Assembly (NCBI RefSeq): GCF_009914755.1
Contig: NC_060927.1
DNA length: 64,000 nucleotides
Direction: 5' to 3' (one strand)
Source: the human T2T-CHM13v2.0 reference genome, Homo sapiens
The notes under the pieces were generated by a model that did not search any database, had not been told where the DNA came from, and saw nothing but the letters and a program-made list of their open reading frames with translations. The position numbers and the translations under genes were made by a program. Positions 39,720-55,497 of this stretch are shown here, in pieces (position 1 is the stretch's first letter; each line of letters begins with the position of its first letter).

Positions 39720-41879
39720 CCCATGCTGCTGGCTTTGGGTAGTGTTCTTACCAAGCAGTTCATACCCACAGGATTGAATCCTCTCGGACCAGGGCCTGAA
39801 CTCTCAAAGACTAAGGAATGAAGAAACAGATATTTACCATCCACTGAACTCCAGAGAGTTGAAAGAGAGCTCCCATACATGGATAATTACACTTTGAAGG
39901 AGAAGCTGTGGTATGCAGAAGAATTTCTTGCAAAAGAAAGGGACATTCGTGTACAGACAGACTCAAGTGTATGGTGAGATAATTATGCGAGGAGGCAAGA
40001 TCTATTCTAGATCATTCTCTCTTGACCCCTATTCTAAAGCTGTGTCCGCTTCAGCAGCCAAAGGCACTAGGTTGAAAAAGCAACTGGAATATCTACTTGG
40101 TTTCTCTAGGTAGAACATGGGGATAAATTTTTAATTTAAATTATCTCTTTAGAGAAATAAGAAAATTATGCAATGAACATACAAAAGTAGATGTTTATTT
40201 TATTTTTAAAAGAGTATAGACATTCTGAAAATGTACAGTGAACTTTATCCATAACTAAGAGAGGTGCCATGTGGTTAAGCAATTTATGACAAGAGTTCCT
40301 CAGACTAATTTTTTTTTTAGAATCCAAAAGAAGACATTTGAAGGTAAATCATGAAAGAAAGGTTGTCTGTTTATTCAAATAAAGCATTCTTAATGCATTC
40401 TACAAGTTAGACAAGGCAACGTATTTACACTATTGGTCTCAGCAACATATAAGATCTGAGAAAAAAGGATAGAAATTTGATTACTTCTTGACAGGAAATT
40501 AATATTCACTGTTACACCATCAATAACATTTCAGTCACTATACACACATGTATGCACACATGTGTATATACACACACTATATATATAAATATTTGTTTAG
40601 TTTTTAGATACTAACAAGAGAAACAAACTCTTGTACGTTTTTCTGTTTCTTTTTTCTTGTTGTTTTAAGACAGCATGCTCCTGCCTGGAGCTAAGCAGCT
40701 GAGGGGCATAATAAAACCATAATTCTGCAATTGCTAGTCTCACTAGAATATCAACCCCATTCCGCTATTGGTAGAACTCAGAGCCCAAGGGGAAACACAA
40801 CTGAGCTCAGCTGGTCAGGCCTGATTTCCATAAGAGAGAGGGGAAGAGAAAGAAGAAACTGATTAATTTTGCTCATAATCAGGAAATTCATGTCAATGGT
40901 AAACTAGGAAAAGAAGCATTTTTAAAATCAGAGTTCATTTTTCAAGAGAGGAGAAGGGAGGCGTTCACCCACAGGGCATCTGATACTTAAAAAGATAATT
41001 ATCCATCTTTGGCAGGCCCGCTTTATTATCATGGGTCAATGAACCATTTAGAAATGAAGAATTTCCTTTCATTTCCTTTGAGCAGATTGCCAGCCTCCAC
41101 TCCCACGAAGCTGCTTTTTCTGTGTTAAAAGGGACCCTTCCCCATATTCCTCCTCCCTGATTTGAATTACACCCTCACTTAGGCCTGACTTCACCAAACC
41201 ACAGCAAGGGTGACAACCATGCAAGCTTCCAACGAAGTCCATAAGTGCTATGTTAGGCTATGTTCACACACAGCAACTCGGTGGGGGAGGAAGACATTTC
41301 ACTTCAACAATGGCTTACTGTGAAAACTGGTGGAATAAATCAGACAACCTATGTATCTAATGTAAATTTAGTAATATCAATGACATCCAAAAATGTTTTT
41401 TTTCAACACCATAAAAAAACTTATTGTTTGTCAATTTTGCTTGTTTGCATGTTGCTCCTAGAAAAACAACTCAGGGAAAGCAAATTAATTAGAAGAACAG
41501 CAGATAGCTTTTGTAATTCTAATGCCACTTTTTATATGCCAATTGTTTTAAAATAATATCACAGATGCAATATAATTTAATTTGGAGCCTCTTAGGCCTT
41601 GTTAATGGGTAAATTCCATATTATACATAGGCTATGAAGACACATTTACTTCTGGATCCTGTTTGCTTGGGATTATCTCCTCTGTCAAGATTTCTTAGCC
41701 AACATGTAGGATAACCTTTAAAGAATTAAAGTTACTATATTGAATTGAATAAATGTTTTATCCAGTACATATCATGTGTGAAAACTTGTGGAACTGGTTA
41801 CCACTTCTCCCTATAATCTAGAGTATAGAGTTTTTTTAGTAATAATATTTTTTAAAGGAAGCGAAGGTCAATAGTTATA

Positions 41880-42260
41880 ATTTAGGTTGTATAGCTGACA
41901 AGGAGATTTCTCACAGTAGATGAAAACCAAAGGCGACTTCTTAGAGCAGATGAGATTTAAACTGGACTTTAAAAATTGGGGAGTGATTTAACCAGTGGAT
42001 TGGGCTGGCAACCTACTCACTCATCCATCCCAACACTGCAGTCTCCTCTCAGTCCAGGGTCTATGCTGGAACTTAGGATGCTAAGATGACCAGGACAGAG
42101 TAGCTGACCTTGAAGAGTTCACATTCTAATGTCCGCAACTGTCATGCAGTGTAAACAGATCATTACAACACAGAGAGATGAATGCTATTGGTAGAAATCA
42201 GTATAGAAAGCTGTGGGAGCACAGGGGAGGTCAGATCTAATTCTGCCTCAGGGTGTTAGA
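41880..42260 (-). mobile_element. L2 fragments
   Basis: gaccttgaagagttcacattcta...gctgtgggagcacagggg. Confidence 0.65.
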
Positions 42261-43399
42261 TAAACTTTTCCATCTCATTTTACATTTCACCTTTTAAAGT
42301 AGAACAATTTCTCCACACCTAGACCAAAATCTGTCCTTAAAAATGGTCCAGAAACTTAAGGTTAGCTTCAAAGAAAGTTGTTAAGCGTTCCTCCTTTGGC
42401 CCAAATCACCATTTCACTTTTGTACGTACTCTTACTTACTCAATCTTTCCAACAAACCCATAAACTATTAATACTATTATAATTCCCATGTTGAAGATGA
42501 ATTATAAGCAATAATTTCTTATAGAAAATTAGAAACTTGCCACACCAGCACACTCAAAATGAGATTAAAACTAGAATTCAACCCGTCTGTCCGATTCTAA
42601 AGTTCATGTTATTAATGACAGTGCTGTGATGTCATGCTTGTTAGAGCTTTCATGACTCCATTTTTGCCTAGCCTCTTATTAAAACTGTGCCCTGCATTCC
42701 CTAGTCACTCTGTTCATAGAAGGGAACCACTGTTTTCATTAAATAGAAGGCTATGATGCAAACATGCTGAACGCTTAAGAAACACCTAACCTTGGAAAAA
42801 GAAAGCAGACGAGACCTACAATCCCACAATGAAAGGAGGCCTCAGCACTGGGCAGTGAGTATGCCTTCATCCTAACAGAGAATCGTAAGATCAAAAAGGG
42901 GGGAGAGTACCAGCTTGCCTGAACTGGAGGAAGTAAAGAGGGATACAAAGCTGGCATTTTGCCCCTTCTCATCCTGACTTTGGGTTGCTTCAAGGTGACT
43001 TGGGCTCCATCATGGGCCAGACTCCTGAGAAAGTTTAGATACTGCAGCCTCTATCACTGGGTCAGGTTGTCAGACACACTGAATCCATTGCTTGTTGGAC
43101 AGTCTAATTACTGAGAATTATGGACCTTCTCACAACACATGATTCATATCACAAGAGACTACCAGAAACTTGGCAATCCTTTCTTTTTGTTTTCCCTTTT
43201 CGTCTCCTCCTCTTCATGCTCACCACCAGCCCAGAACTGACTATCTCTCTTTTTGAACATGAACACTTTAGGTGTTTTTGCTGCATTAAAGTGGTGTGAC
43301 CACATGCCAAGCCCTATGCTGAACTCTTGCTGACACACTGCCAACTCAGAATACACACAATGAAAGAAAGACATATTCGCATTAGTCAGGTGCCTAGAG

Positions 43400-44165
43400 C
43401 TGGTGTGGTTTGCTATTTGCAAATGTGACCACAAGAATCCCTCCCATCCTACACATGCTGTTTTGCTCTGTGGCTTTCCCCCACTTTCCATCAAGAGTTG
43501 CAGTCTATTTCCCCTCCCCTTGAGTGTCTGTCTTACTTTGTGTTTGTGTTGTTATAAAAGAACACCTGAAGCTGGGTCGTTTACAAAGAAAAGAGGTTTA
43601 TCTGGCTCACAGTTCTGAAGGCTGTCCAAGAAGCACGATGCTGGCTTCTGAATTTGGTGGAGGCCTCAAGATGCTTCCATTCATGGCAGAAGTGGAAGGG
43701 AAAACAGTTTGCAGAGATCATATGGTGAGAAAGGAGGCAAGAGAGACAGGAGGGAGGTGCCAGACCCTTTTCAACAACCAGCTCTTCTGGGAACTAATAG
43801 AGCAGTAGAGAGCTCACTGGTTACCACAAAGATGACATCAAGTGATTCATGAAGGATCTGCCCCCAAACACTTCCCATTAGACCCTACCGCCAACATCAG
43901 GGATCAAATTTCAACATGAGGTTTGGAGGGTCAAATATCCAATCTATAGCAGTGTTGCTGTGTGACTTTCCAAGGTTAGGCCTTAAGTGACCTTGAAACC
44001 TCTGATTATTGCTCTCTTGGAAGCCTGAGACCAACATGCTATAAAAAATCCCAGCTAGCCTGTTAAGTGGCAACATGAAGAAAGAACTAAGGCACCTCAG
44101 CTGATAGTCAGCAATAACTGTCAGAGATCATCTCAGACCTTCTAGAGTCAGGAGAGCCACTGACT
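43400..44165 (+). mobile_element. MLT1-type LTR interrupted by the MSTB-like LTR
   Basis: ccatcaagagttgcagtctatttcccctcccctt resumes as tgtgacttt...aggccttaag. Confidence 0.65.
43529..43951 (-). mobile_element. MSTB-like MaLR solo LTR, 5-bp TSD gtgt(c/t)
   Basis: tg...ca ends; aagaaaagaggtttatctggctcacagttctg and tttcaacatgaggtttgg motifs. Confidence 0.9.
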
Positions 44166-44174
44166 TCCAGTTTC

Positions 44175-44870
<696 letters not shown>

Positions 44871-44962
44871 TCCAGGGATGTTTAAAAATTAACAGGGGCC
44901 CAAGGTATCTTGGCTGTCCTAGTGAGTAAATACAGGATGGCATTTTAGAGTTGAGATGCTCC

Positions 44963-45265
<303 letters not shown>

Positions 45266-47849
45266 GAGATGGATCTTAAACATCAACTACTCCAATACCT
45301 TCACTGTCAGATTTTAAAAATAGGGAGAGAAAGGTTACTTAACTTGTTCAAAGTCACACAGTTAGGAGCACAGTTGGGATTGGAGCTCAATTGGTGAGCT
45401 TCCCCAACCAAAGCTCTTTCTGTTACACTGAGATGGCAAAACATTGCACATCTGCCACTATTTTCCAATGGTAAACTTATGGCAGAATAATCGACCACAG
45501 AATTCTCTCCTTTAACCAAAGTGTCCCCAAATACTTGCCAATATAACCTCTGAGCAGTCAACACCAGTGAGAATGGGCACGCGACATGAGATGCATGTGC
45601 CATTTCTGTGGCCTCCCACACTGCCTCATGAAACACAGAACCAACTGCAAAGGACTGGTGGAGTCAGAACAAAGGGGGATGCTGCAAAAGGGAGAATCTT
45701 CCCAACTACATAAAATTTCCATTATGTTGCCACATTTTTATTCAAAATAAATTTGATAAGTTCAAAATTTGCTCATCAAGGATAATAATTGATTAAAAAT
45801 ATTTTTAGGAGGATTTCCATGACAAATACGAAATATTTAAACATGGAGCACTGACAGATAAATGGAAATGTACTGATTCAGATGATTAATTAAAGATGAC
45901 AGCAGAATATTATGATCGGAGTTGCTCAGACTCGCCCCCATTTAGTTTTCTATATCTGATCTATTCTAGGGATTCAGAATATAGAAGTCACCAAAATAAA
46001 GCAAATCATCAAAATATCACTGATTTTGATTAGGCTGATTAGCCTGTGTATATGTTAATATGAAGTAAGGCAGTATCAGATAATACAACACAGAATTAAT
46101 CATTCTTCTGAACTAATAAAAAAGAGTCTGTATTCATCTCGACTGCAGATCTGTGTGTAGTTTAGTGATAAGCAAGGAACATTCCAGCTTGCAATGCAGA
46201 CCTCAGCAGACCCTGTATAATTCATTATTTGCTCTAACAAACACTCCTAGGCCTTGTAAATGTTTAAAATAATTCTTAATGTCACTTCACAAAACAATAG
46301 CAGGATGGACTGTCAGCTACTTTTCAAGAAAATATTCAATTTATTTGATTTAAATAGCACAATTACAGAGCTTTGAGTCAAAGTAGGCGGCATCTCAAAA
46401 AGTAATCTATTCACAACGTAAGCACTTTGATGGATTTTCATATCAGAAAGGCAGAAATATCACCCTTAAATATTAATAAATACAATTCTGAAGAAGCATC
46501 TTGCTTTGTTTGGGCCACACCTTTTTTCAATGGGGATTAACATACTCATTTCAGTAACTCAATAAAGGGTTCATGGGATATTCATCAACCATAACCATAA
46601 ATGACATAGATGTAATTTTAAGCAAATGTGATTTCCAGAATATGATAAATTCCAGAGCAGTGTGATTAAGATAATGATAACACTCTGCTCAGAGCTGGTT
46701 CTCAAGGCAAGCATCTCACAAATATCCACTATCTCATGTTTTGCCCTGGGATATGCTTTGGGTCAGAGATATGATGAGACCTTGGTCATCTGGAGGAAGA
46801 GAACCCAGGTATCCTTGTCTAGGCAACATGCCCTGAGCTGCCCTCAAAACTCCGGTACCGATCTGGATGCTCAAAAGTAAGAATCACTTTCATCGAGAGA
46901 AGCAAACAGTTGCCTTTCAAAGAAAGTAAATTGACAGGGGAGCCCGCAGCCCGATAGCATTCTGGTACAGATTCTTTGGTTGAATTTCACATATTTTTCT
47001 GTGAACTTTTCAATGCAAAGTAATCTTATACTGATTGAGGGAAGAGCATCATATCTGGAAAAAAATATGCTCATATAAACTAAGTATGTGGGAAAGAAGT
47101 AAATGATATCATTAAAGGAAAGAAACAATATATAACATTTGTTTGCTGCCTAGTATGGTCTAGTGATAATCAATAACCCTTTGAGTTAGGATAATATCAC
47201 CTCCCAATGTCCAGATTCAGAAGTTGAGGCCAAAAAAGTTTAACTGCATAACCAAGGTCACGTAGCTATTAAGTGAAAATCCCAGCCAGGGGCATGTGCT
47301 ACAACACTGTTACAATGTCCATGCTGTTTCAATGCCTCTCAAGGTTATAAAAACCTCCATGTATAATACCTACTGCAGTGTTTACTAGAGTGGGATAGCA
47401 GAGCCCTGCTTCCACGGGATGCTGTTATACATTATACAGAAAAAAAACTGTGCGGTCAAAGAAGATTGAGAAACACTGCATGAAATGAAGTAAAATAGCT
47501 CTCTTTACCGCAGTATTCATCAGCATATTTACTGTACTACTATGCATTCTGGCTTCTCAAAAATAAGAAATAGTATGCAGCACTGCTCAAATTTGCTTAT
47601 CTACAAAATAATAATGATTATTAATTATTAGTAATATTGTAGAACACTACACAGGACACATGTTTCAGAGGATGTTCTTTGGAAACCTTGAGCATCATTT
47701 CCCAAAACACAGAGAGGCCTGAGTAATTTTTCTGTTTTTTCAAACAAAAAGTTGAGTACATGTCCTATTAATCACATGGGCAAAGAAAGAGAGCATTCTG
47801 TGAAATGAAATATGCTGAGAAGTTGAGCATTAAAATACATCAAATGGGA

Positions 47850-48135
47850 TATGGCAGTCATTAGTGCTGTTTGCCAAACAGTTCAGGTTACTGCCATGTC
47901 TGGGCATATGGTAGGCCTTCTGGACCCTTGCAGTTGGGTGAAGCTCAAGGAATACAGGTCAAAGAGTTGTGAGCGAAAATGATATACGTCACTTCTGGGC
48001 TAAAGCCCTTAACTTCTAGTATGTGACCGACAGCTTTATTTCCTTCACCAAGACAGGCAGCAATGCTTTGCAATGGTAGCTGCTCTGGCAGTGAGACCCC
48101 GAATTATAGGTCAGCAGGGGCCTCTGAGCATCGTG
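47850..48135 (+). mobile_element. MLT1I/J-like LTR fragment
   Basis: ttgcagttggg...gtgagcgaaaatgatatacgtcacttctgggc. Confidence 0.55.
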
Positions 48136-50044
48136 GTCACAGTGACTAGGGCAAGTTTGTTCTTAAATAGGTTTTACCTCTTTTGCTAACCCCAACCAAC
48201 TTGTAGTAGCTATTTACAGCAGCATGTTGAAGAGGATTCTGAAGCTCTGATAAGGAGCAGGAGGAAAGAACTGAGGAATTTATTAGTTTTGGCTGCCACC
48301 AGGGAGGAAAAAAATATTAGCGTGTATACCAAGTACCTGCCATTCTTCAATTAGACGGCAATAAAAATGTTTTTTCAAGAATTCTCTCTCCCCCATTCTT
48401 AATGATATAGAAGTCATTTCTGGGACTTGCAATGTCTCTCAGTAACCGTTATGAAAATCTATTATTATTGTTATTGTCCTAGAGATATACAGAAGTGTCT
48501 AGAATTTAGATAATTCTGGTTAGGAGAGTACTGAAAAGGAAAATTAACTGTCACTCGAAAGAGTCTGTCCACAATGTGTAAACATGAGAATGGGAACACA
48601 CCAATATGAAAATGATCATGTTGTAAAAATGCTCTTAGGAGTTAAGACTTGAAGGAGTATGGCAATAGAAGAAATAAATTGCACTCAGCAGCTGAAGAAA
48701 TATTTAAAGATAACTCCAATGAGAGATTATTTTAAACTTCAGATACACTTTGCTATGAGAATCATTTCAAAAACTCTGTAAAAAGCTTTTTAGTGAAGTA
48801 GAGATGAGAAAGTAATACTAAAAATCTGCAATTCATTGCAGATCTAGAAAACCACATGCAACATAAATAATTTAATAGCACCCTCACCATATACACAGTT
48901 TCATTTCACCAGTATGTGAATGAGGGGAGTGCCCTGAGCACATACCTCCATAGGGTGGCTAGAGTGAAACCTGGGGCCCAAACTCCCACATAGACAGGAT
49001 TCTTCCAGTGCAAGCTCTATCAGGTTTTGAAATTATGGATTCCAAATTTAGGTTTGCTTATGTCATTTAAGAGACTAAAAATTCCAGTTTCCCTCAGATC
49101 TTCCATATAGCTGGCCAAGCCAATGGAGCAACCAGACAACACAGTTCAGATGCCATCTGAAGGCAAAAAGTAGCCAAACTATAAATATGAAAGGAAAGAA
49201 ATAGGAAATGAGAGAAAGGGAGAGAGGAGATTAAAGGTAGGGGTGGTATTTAGCAGATGAAGCCTCCTTAGAAGAGAGGAAATACTCCTTTATAGATAGG
49301 CTCAACTAGGATTCCTGGTGCTACACACAGAGCTTAACATAGCATTGGCCTTTAATAAATACTTGGTGAAAAAATAAATGTCATGTAGGCTTATTCATTG
49401 TTTAATCTGGGAAACAATTCTTTCTAATGAATAATTTCTTCAAAATGCTCCCCAAACTGTGGGTTCTTAAAAGACCAGTGAACCAGTCCAGACTCAACTT
49501 ACTTAAATGTAAACCATTAAGAAAAATATACTTCATGGTAAAAAAAAAAAAAGAATTATGAATTCCTAATACAAATGTAACATACCCAGCTAAAGGGATA
49601 GAAAAATAAATACAAACTGGTCTTTCCTTCACACATCAAAAGTAGTGCATGTGTTTTAAATGGAAAACTTCAGAACTATTAACTCAGTGAAGCTTGGAAA
49701 AGTTCAAAGATAACAGTGTTCTATGCTTTTTAATAACAATGAGGAACCCTCTTCTATGACAGATACTAATGTTAATAGAAACATCCTTTATTTCAAATAA
49801 ATGAAAGAGAGTCACACTTAACACTAATTTGGCATTCTCACAGAATATGAATCAACGTCTTTCTCTCTTAAAATCAGTCCTCCATGAGCTAGCAACCTAA
49901 AATAAATGTGAAGATTTCGTAGTGAGAGGTATTCATCATGTGTTCAGTGAATGAACTTCTGAATGAATTAGTGAAAGATCACAAAGTTGAATATTAGAGA
50001 AAAGGATAAAGCCAAAAGACTTTCAAGAACTCTGTATTTTTTTG

Positions 50045-50720
50045 TATATTCATTCAGTAAATATTTGTGAATTAAGAGCCGACTACCTGGCAAGTACTAT
50101 ATAAGACACTGAGGATACAGCACAACCAGGTACAGTCATCCTCTCCCTTCCAAAGATGTGAAATCTAGAGGGTGAGCAGACAAAGGCAACTGACATAGTA
50201 ACTACTGTGAAAATATAAGGGGTGAGATGAGAAAGAAAAGGTGCAAGAATGCAAGGGCAAGACCGTAACAAGCCAAACCAGCTAAGGTGGCTGTGAACTA
50301 GGCCCAGTTCACTTGGTCTAACTGGATCTTCAGGAAAGAGTGCAGGCCCTTGATAGCCTTGGTCAGCAGTCTGGATTTATTCGCCATGCATGGAGAAGCC
50401 ACTGAAGCATTTCGGAGAGTGGAGATGTATGACAGATTCTGGGTTCTCTTTGCAAAGCTGAAGGCCACTGGGAATATCTTTATTGCAGACTAGGTAAAAG
50501 ATTCAAAGCAGGCCTGGCCTGTGGTGGTGGCAGTAGAGATGCAGAGAATTTGAGATGTATGTTTGAGGTAGGAGCAACAAGACTTAACTAATGGGGGCAA
50601 AAAGGAAGAGAAGGATCAAAGAGGATTCCAAGGTTCTGGCTTGGGTAGTAGGTGAAGAGTGATGTAATTTTGAGATACGGTGGGTGGGACAGTGTCATGT
50701 AGCTCACCATTTGGAGACTT
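50045..50720 (-). mobile_element. L2 fragment
   Basis: attcattcagtaaatatttg...ggagaagccactgaag...ccaaggttctggcttggg. Confidence 0.75.
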
Positions 50721-50761
50721 TTCTTTCTTGAATTTATAGAATTCTCCAGAAATAACTAGAG

Positions 50762-50920
50762 CAGAGTTTCCTAACCTGGGTCTACAGATAGGCTCCAGGG
50801 CTTCTATGAATCTCCTGAAATTGTTTGCAAAATGGTGCATATGTGCACGCACACACATTGTTTTCCTCTGGTATAAAATTCTTAAATAGTCTCCTGACCC
50901 CAACTAAGATAAGAAATCTA
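50762..50920. mobile_element. Charlie4z-like MITE
   Basis: cagagtttcctaacctgggtc...cctgaaattgtttgcaaaat...tgacccc. Confidence 0.65.
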
Positions 50921-52367
50921 GATTTAAATCAGAAGAATTCTTTGAAGATTAGTCCCCAAGAGAATGATTAGAAACAGGCTCAGACTTTTGCTCACTTTGG
51001 CTTAGAATCTAATATACCCAGTACTAAAGAGTAAGAAAAGAAGTTCACTCTGTCTGAGCAATGTGCTATAATTCACAAGCATGAAGCCTCCATAAAAGAC
51101 AAACAAAAGATTTTTTAATGCCATAACACCGAAGTCATTTTAATCTGATTCAGCAGTGAACAATTTAAGACATGTCTCCTCCAACAAAGGCAGCTGGACA
51201 CATAAAGATGATTGTGTGATCCATTCAAAATTAAAGAATAAGCTAAATCATTTACAACAATAAAAATGCAGAAAATTCTACCAGAAAAAAAAAAAAAAAG
51301 AGAGAGTGAAAACTTTCAGCAGCAAGTGATTTCCAAATGTTTCCAAAACAGGAAGCAAAAGACATTTTAATGTCACTGTGGCAGCTTCCAGAATAGAGTA
51401 AGTTAATCAGGCAGCCTCTAAAAACAAAGCAGCAATTCATTAAAAACAACAACTGCTACTCAGCAATGAACTGTACTGCCAGAGTGTCAAGAAAGCAAAC
51501 TTTTTCAAGATAGTGATTTGTATGCAAATATAGCTCAGCATTTATCACTAAACCTCCAAGGCCTGTAAAGGGGGGGAAAGAAAAGTTCTTTCCATCTGCT
51601 TACACCTGTCTCCTAATAAAATCAACTGCCAATCACAGGGGAGGCTGGGGCATTTTAAAAACAGTCAAAGAAATACATTCACAAATCCAGGGTTTCAAAC
51701 AAAAAACTCCTGTCTACTCTTTCTTCTTCAAATCTCCTAGCCTACTGTCCTCTTCCTAAATTGGAGTTAATATCTGTACCTACTTCATTGGGATGTTAAA
51801 AGTGTTTTTTCAAAATAATAGCATATTTCACACCAACAAATAAAAGCTGAACGAATGGTTGGTTTAGAAAAAAAAAAAAATAGTCAATGGAAATGAAATC
51901 CTTCAAAGCTTCCCTCAATCCAGCAATGGTAATGCGGTTATGTGATTGAAACAGTGTCTCACTAGCACCAGTGTTATCGTTTGGAACCCAGATCTTCATT
52001 CATCTCATGTTTAAAATGTCTGTACTTTTCTACATTCCACTCACCCACCCATCTCCATTTTCTCATTTGATCTCTGTTTTTTATTTCCCCCTCATAATGT
52101 AAGCATCACTGGTAGCAGAGTCTAGGAATTAATCATCTTATAATCATTTAGTCTTCCTCTCCAGTTCTAACTTACGACTTTTTCAAAATATGGTTGCTAA
52201 CAATAAAAAAAATCTCAAAATGTGAAAACAAACAATGGAAAAATATTGTAAATATTTAAACGCATTTAGAATTTGCAAGTTTTTTTCACTCTAATGTCAT
52301 TTTTCAAGCTATGTTTAGACAGCACAGAACACTATATGGTTTACCTAATGTTTAAATTAGTAGATCT

Positions 52368-52705
<338 letters not shown>

Positions 52706-53388
52706 TTAGTAAACCCAATAATCCACAAAGATCTATAAAAATATGAACTTACAAGATTTCTATATATTTGAATTTCATTTTGTATATAACTGAAAAAAAA
52801 TATTTAAGCATGCCTAAGGAAAAAGAAAACTGTGGAAACAAAACAAATGTTCTGGCAATTCTGCAACAGTTTCACATTTGTATATTGTTATTCCTCCTGA
52901 AGAATCCTAAAATTCACTCTCATTTTCTTTATATGCTTAGATATTAAAAACATGTCTTTGACAACCAACAGTCTTCTGTCATGGGGAATCAGACATCGGC
53001 CCCATAATCTCTCATTACCAACATCACCATTGTCACTGTCTTTACCATCATCACTTAAAAGAAAATAGAAACTGCTTAAATAACCACAGCTAAAATAAGT
53101 GTCACAAGTTTCTTACTGATTAAATGCTCCTCCGCGAGACTGCAACCTCGAATACTACGCCATAGAGTTCAGATTCCAACACCTTTAATGTTTCTATAAG
53201 GAAAAAAAACCACAAGCGTTCTCCCTGAAAACGTACTCTTAACTCAGAATCTCTTCTGGTTCCATTTAGTTTATAAAAAAAAAAAAAAAAGAATAATTCA
53301 GATTGAAGGATAGTATTTTGGATTTTCAGTGTTATTGATATTCCTCGATCCATCATAATTTAGCTAACATAGATCACTGCCTATAGAG

Positions 53389-53612
53389 CAGTGCTGTCTA
53401 GTGGAACTTTCTATATCCTATACTGTTCAATATAGTAGCCACTAGCCATATGTGGCTACTGAGCACTTGAAATATGGCTGATGTAATCAACCATATTTAA
53501 TTGCATTTTGTTTTAATTTTAATTTTACATTTAAAAATTAAATTTAAACTTTACATTTTAAATACCACCCTGTAGCTAGTAATCACTTGTAGCTAGTAGC
53601 TATTACATTGTA
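53389..53612. mobile_element. MER3/MER33-like hAT MITE
   Basis: gtagccactagccatatgtggctactgagcacttgaaa core. Confidence 0.85.
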
Positions 53613-53787
53613 CAGTTCATCAGGAGAGGCCACAAATTTATGGTAACAAGGAGTGGTGGAACTGGCACAACTGGAAAACACATGCCCCAAGGTGGGTGGC
53701 CACCACCTAGAGATTTTTTTGTTCCTGAAGAAACTAGAAATTTGAATTGCTATGTGTAATTCTCTTCTATTTAACTTTTGGCAACTA

Positions 53788-54878
53788 TAGGCAGTCCTTC
53801 TCATGGTTCCAATATGCACATATTTCAGTTACTCCAGTTTAAACAACACCAATTCCCCAACAACATGGTTTAAATTTCAGTTACCATGTCACATTAACTC
53901 TGGGTCATTGGGTAAAGTACAAGCTCCACTACTAGCTCTTCAATTCACAAATTACCATGTAGATCATAGATGTGCATGATGATCAGAGACCAGTCACATC
54001 ACTTCTTCCAAAGTCTGTCAGTGACTGATCACTGCACATCTGGTATTCAGTCAGAGGCAGCCAGCAAAGTATGTAGTTTTGTATCCCACTGATCTTCCAG
54101 TGATGAACCCACATATTTCACCAAAATGGATAATCGAAAGAGGGAACTGGCCAAGAAATATGAAACACAAGTGACCAAAAACAAAAACAAAAAACCAAAT
54201 GTGACAACCCCAGAAGTGCACTTTGAATCAAATGTAAATAAAATTATAGAACAAATAACTGACTTTGGGAATGCCAATTGCGCTGATGTTCAGGAGATTC
54301 TAGATATGTAACCCAAGGAATTTAGTAAAGACAAACTTATTAACATAAATTACCAAAGAATTTATGATGCAGAAGAAAAAGATGTACCAGAGGAAGTGAC
54401 ATCAAAAAAGTCACATTTTAAAAAACGTCCTATTTCATGACATTGAAAACACAAAGGATGAAATATTGGAAGGAGATCCACACTTTAGGAGGGATTATGA
54501 CAATCAGCCAAAGCACAGAAAAGATGCCCCATCTGTACTGTTAGTTGCAGGATAAGAAAAACAAGGCAAGAATTGTTCAAGAGACTCTCAATAAGTGATT
54601 TTCAAAGAAATAAAGCACTTCAATTCTTAGTGTTTCTAATGTTTTAAATTACAGTGTACTAAATTAGCATTAGTTCGTTTTTTACTTCTTTCATTATATT
54701 TTTCTATTTCTTTATACTCTGATAACTTATAGAGGGTTTTTAATGATTAGAGAAAAACGTTAAAGGTCATAGAACAGTCATACGTTTTCCCATTGATTAC
54801 TAAGTGGACAATGCATGGTTTCCGCTTGCGTGGTCATTTTTATAGTCCCACACTGCTGTATAAGATGAGGGGTACTTG
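53788..54878 (+). mobile_element. Tigger-family DNA transposon deletion derivative
   Basis: TA-flanked degenerate TIRs, repeated tttcagttac motifs, decayed transposase-like remnant at about 54126-54560. Confidence 0.7.
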
Positions 54879-55170
54879 TACTTCCAATGTGTTAAAAAAT
54901 ATTGGGTGGGGCAAATAAAACATATAGGTAACAGGCCACAAATTTAAAACCTGTGCCAAGAACTAGTGTCATATGTGATGTGCATCTTAATATTAGGAGA
55001 GAGCAGATGAAGGAAAATCAAGGACTGTGACTTTAAAAAGACATATATATGCAGTCTCTCTCCAGAAAGAGCAGACCCGTCGTCATATGCTCCTGAATTC
55101 TCCCACCACACTGCCTGGCAAAATTAAAGTCAAAGTTCTCTTTTGTTTCCCAAGTAGCCTGAGAACTGCA

Positions 55171-55432
55171 TGTTACTGTCTACCTAAATAACAGAGGCTC
55201 TCTAAAAGAAAATGATATTTATTGAGAAATGGGCCTTGTCTTGGGAATACATGTGCCACAGTAAATTATGAGTATTCAGCCAGGTGAAGGAAGACAAAGG
55301 TTTTTAAAGGGCAAGTGAGGAGAATTACCTAATTGTTTTGAGGTAATTATCCTTGGTTACTAGGATCAATAACATTGTAGCACCAGAAAGAGGTTGGACA
55401 GGCAGTTGTTGGGCAGATGTCCTCATAGAAGC

Positions 55433-55497
<65 letters not shown>

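Noticed and set aside
39499-39880. ORFs overlapping exon 6 (39499+ and 39656-)
   Set aside because: Antisense or wrong-frame shadows of the GC-rich FHIT exon
53969-54041. Inverted repeat gatgtgca...gtcac / gtgac...tgcacatc
   Set aside because: Internal to the Tigger element and probably part of its consensus
54126-54311. 61-aa ORF as a domesticated transposase
   Set aside because: Short decayed Tigger remnant followed by stop codons
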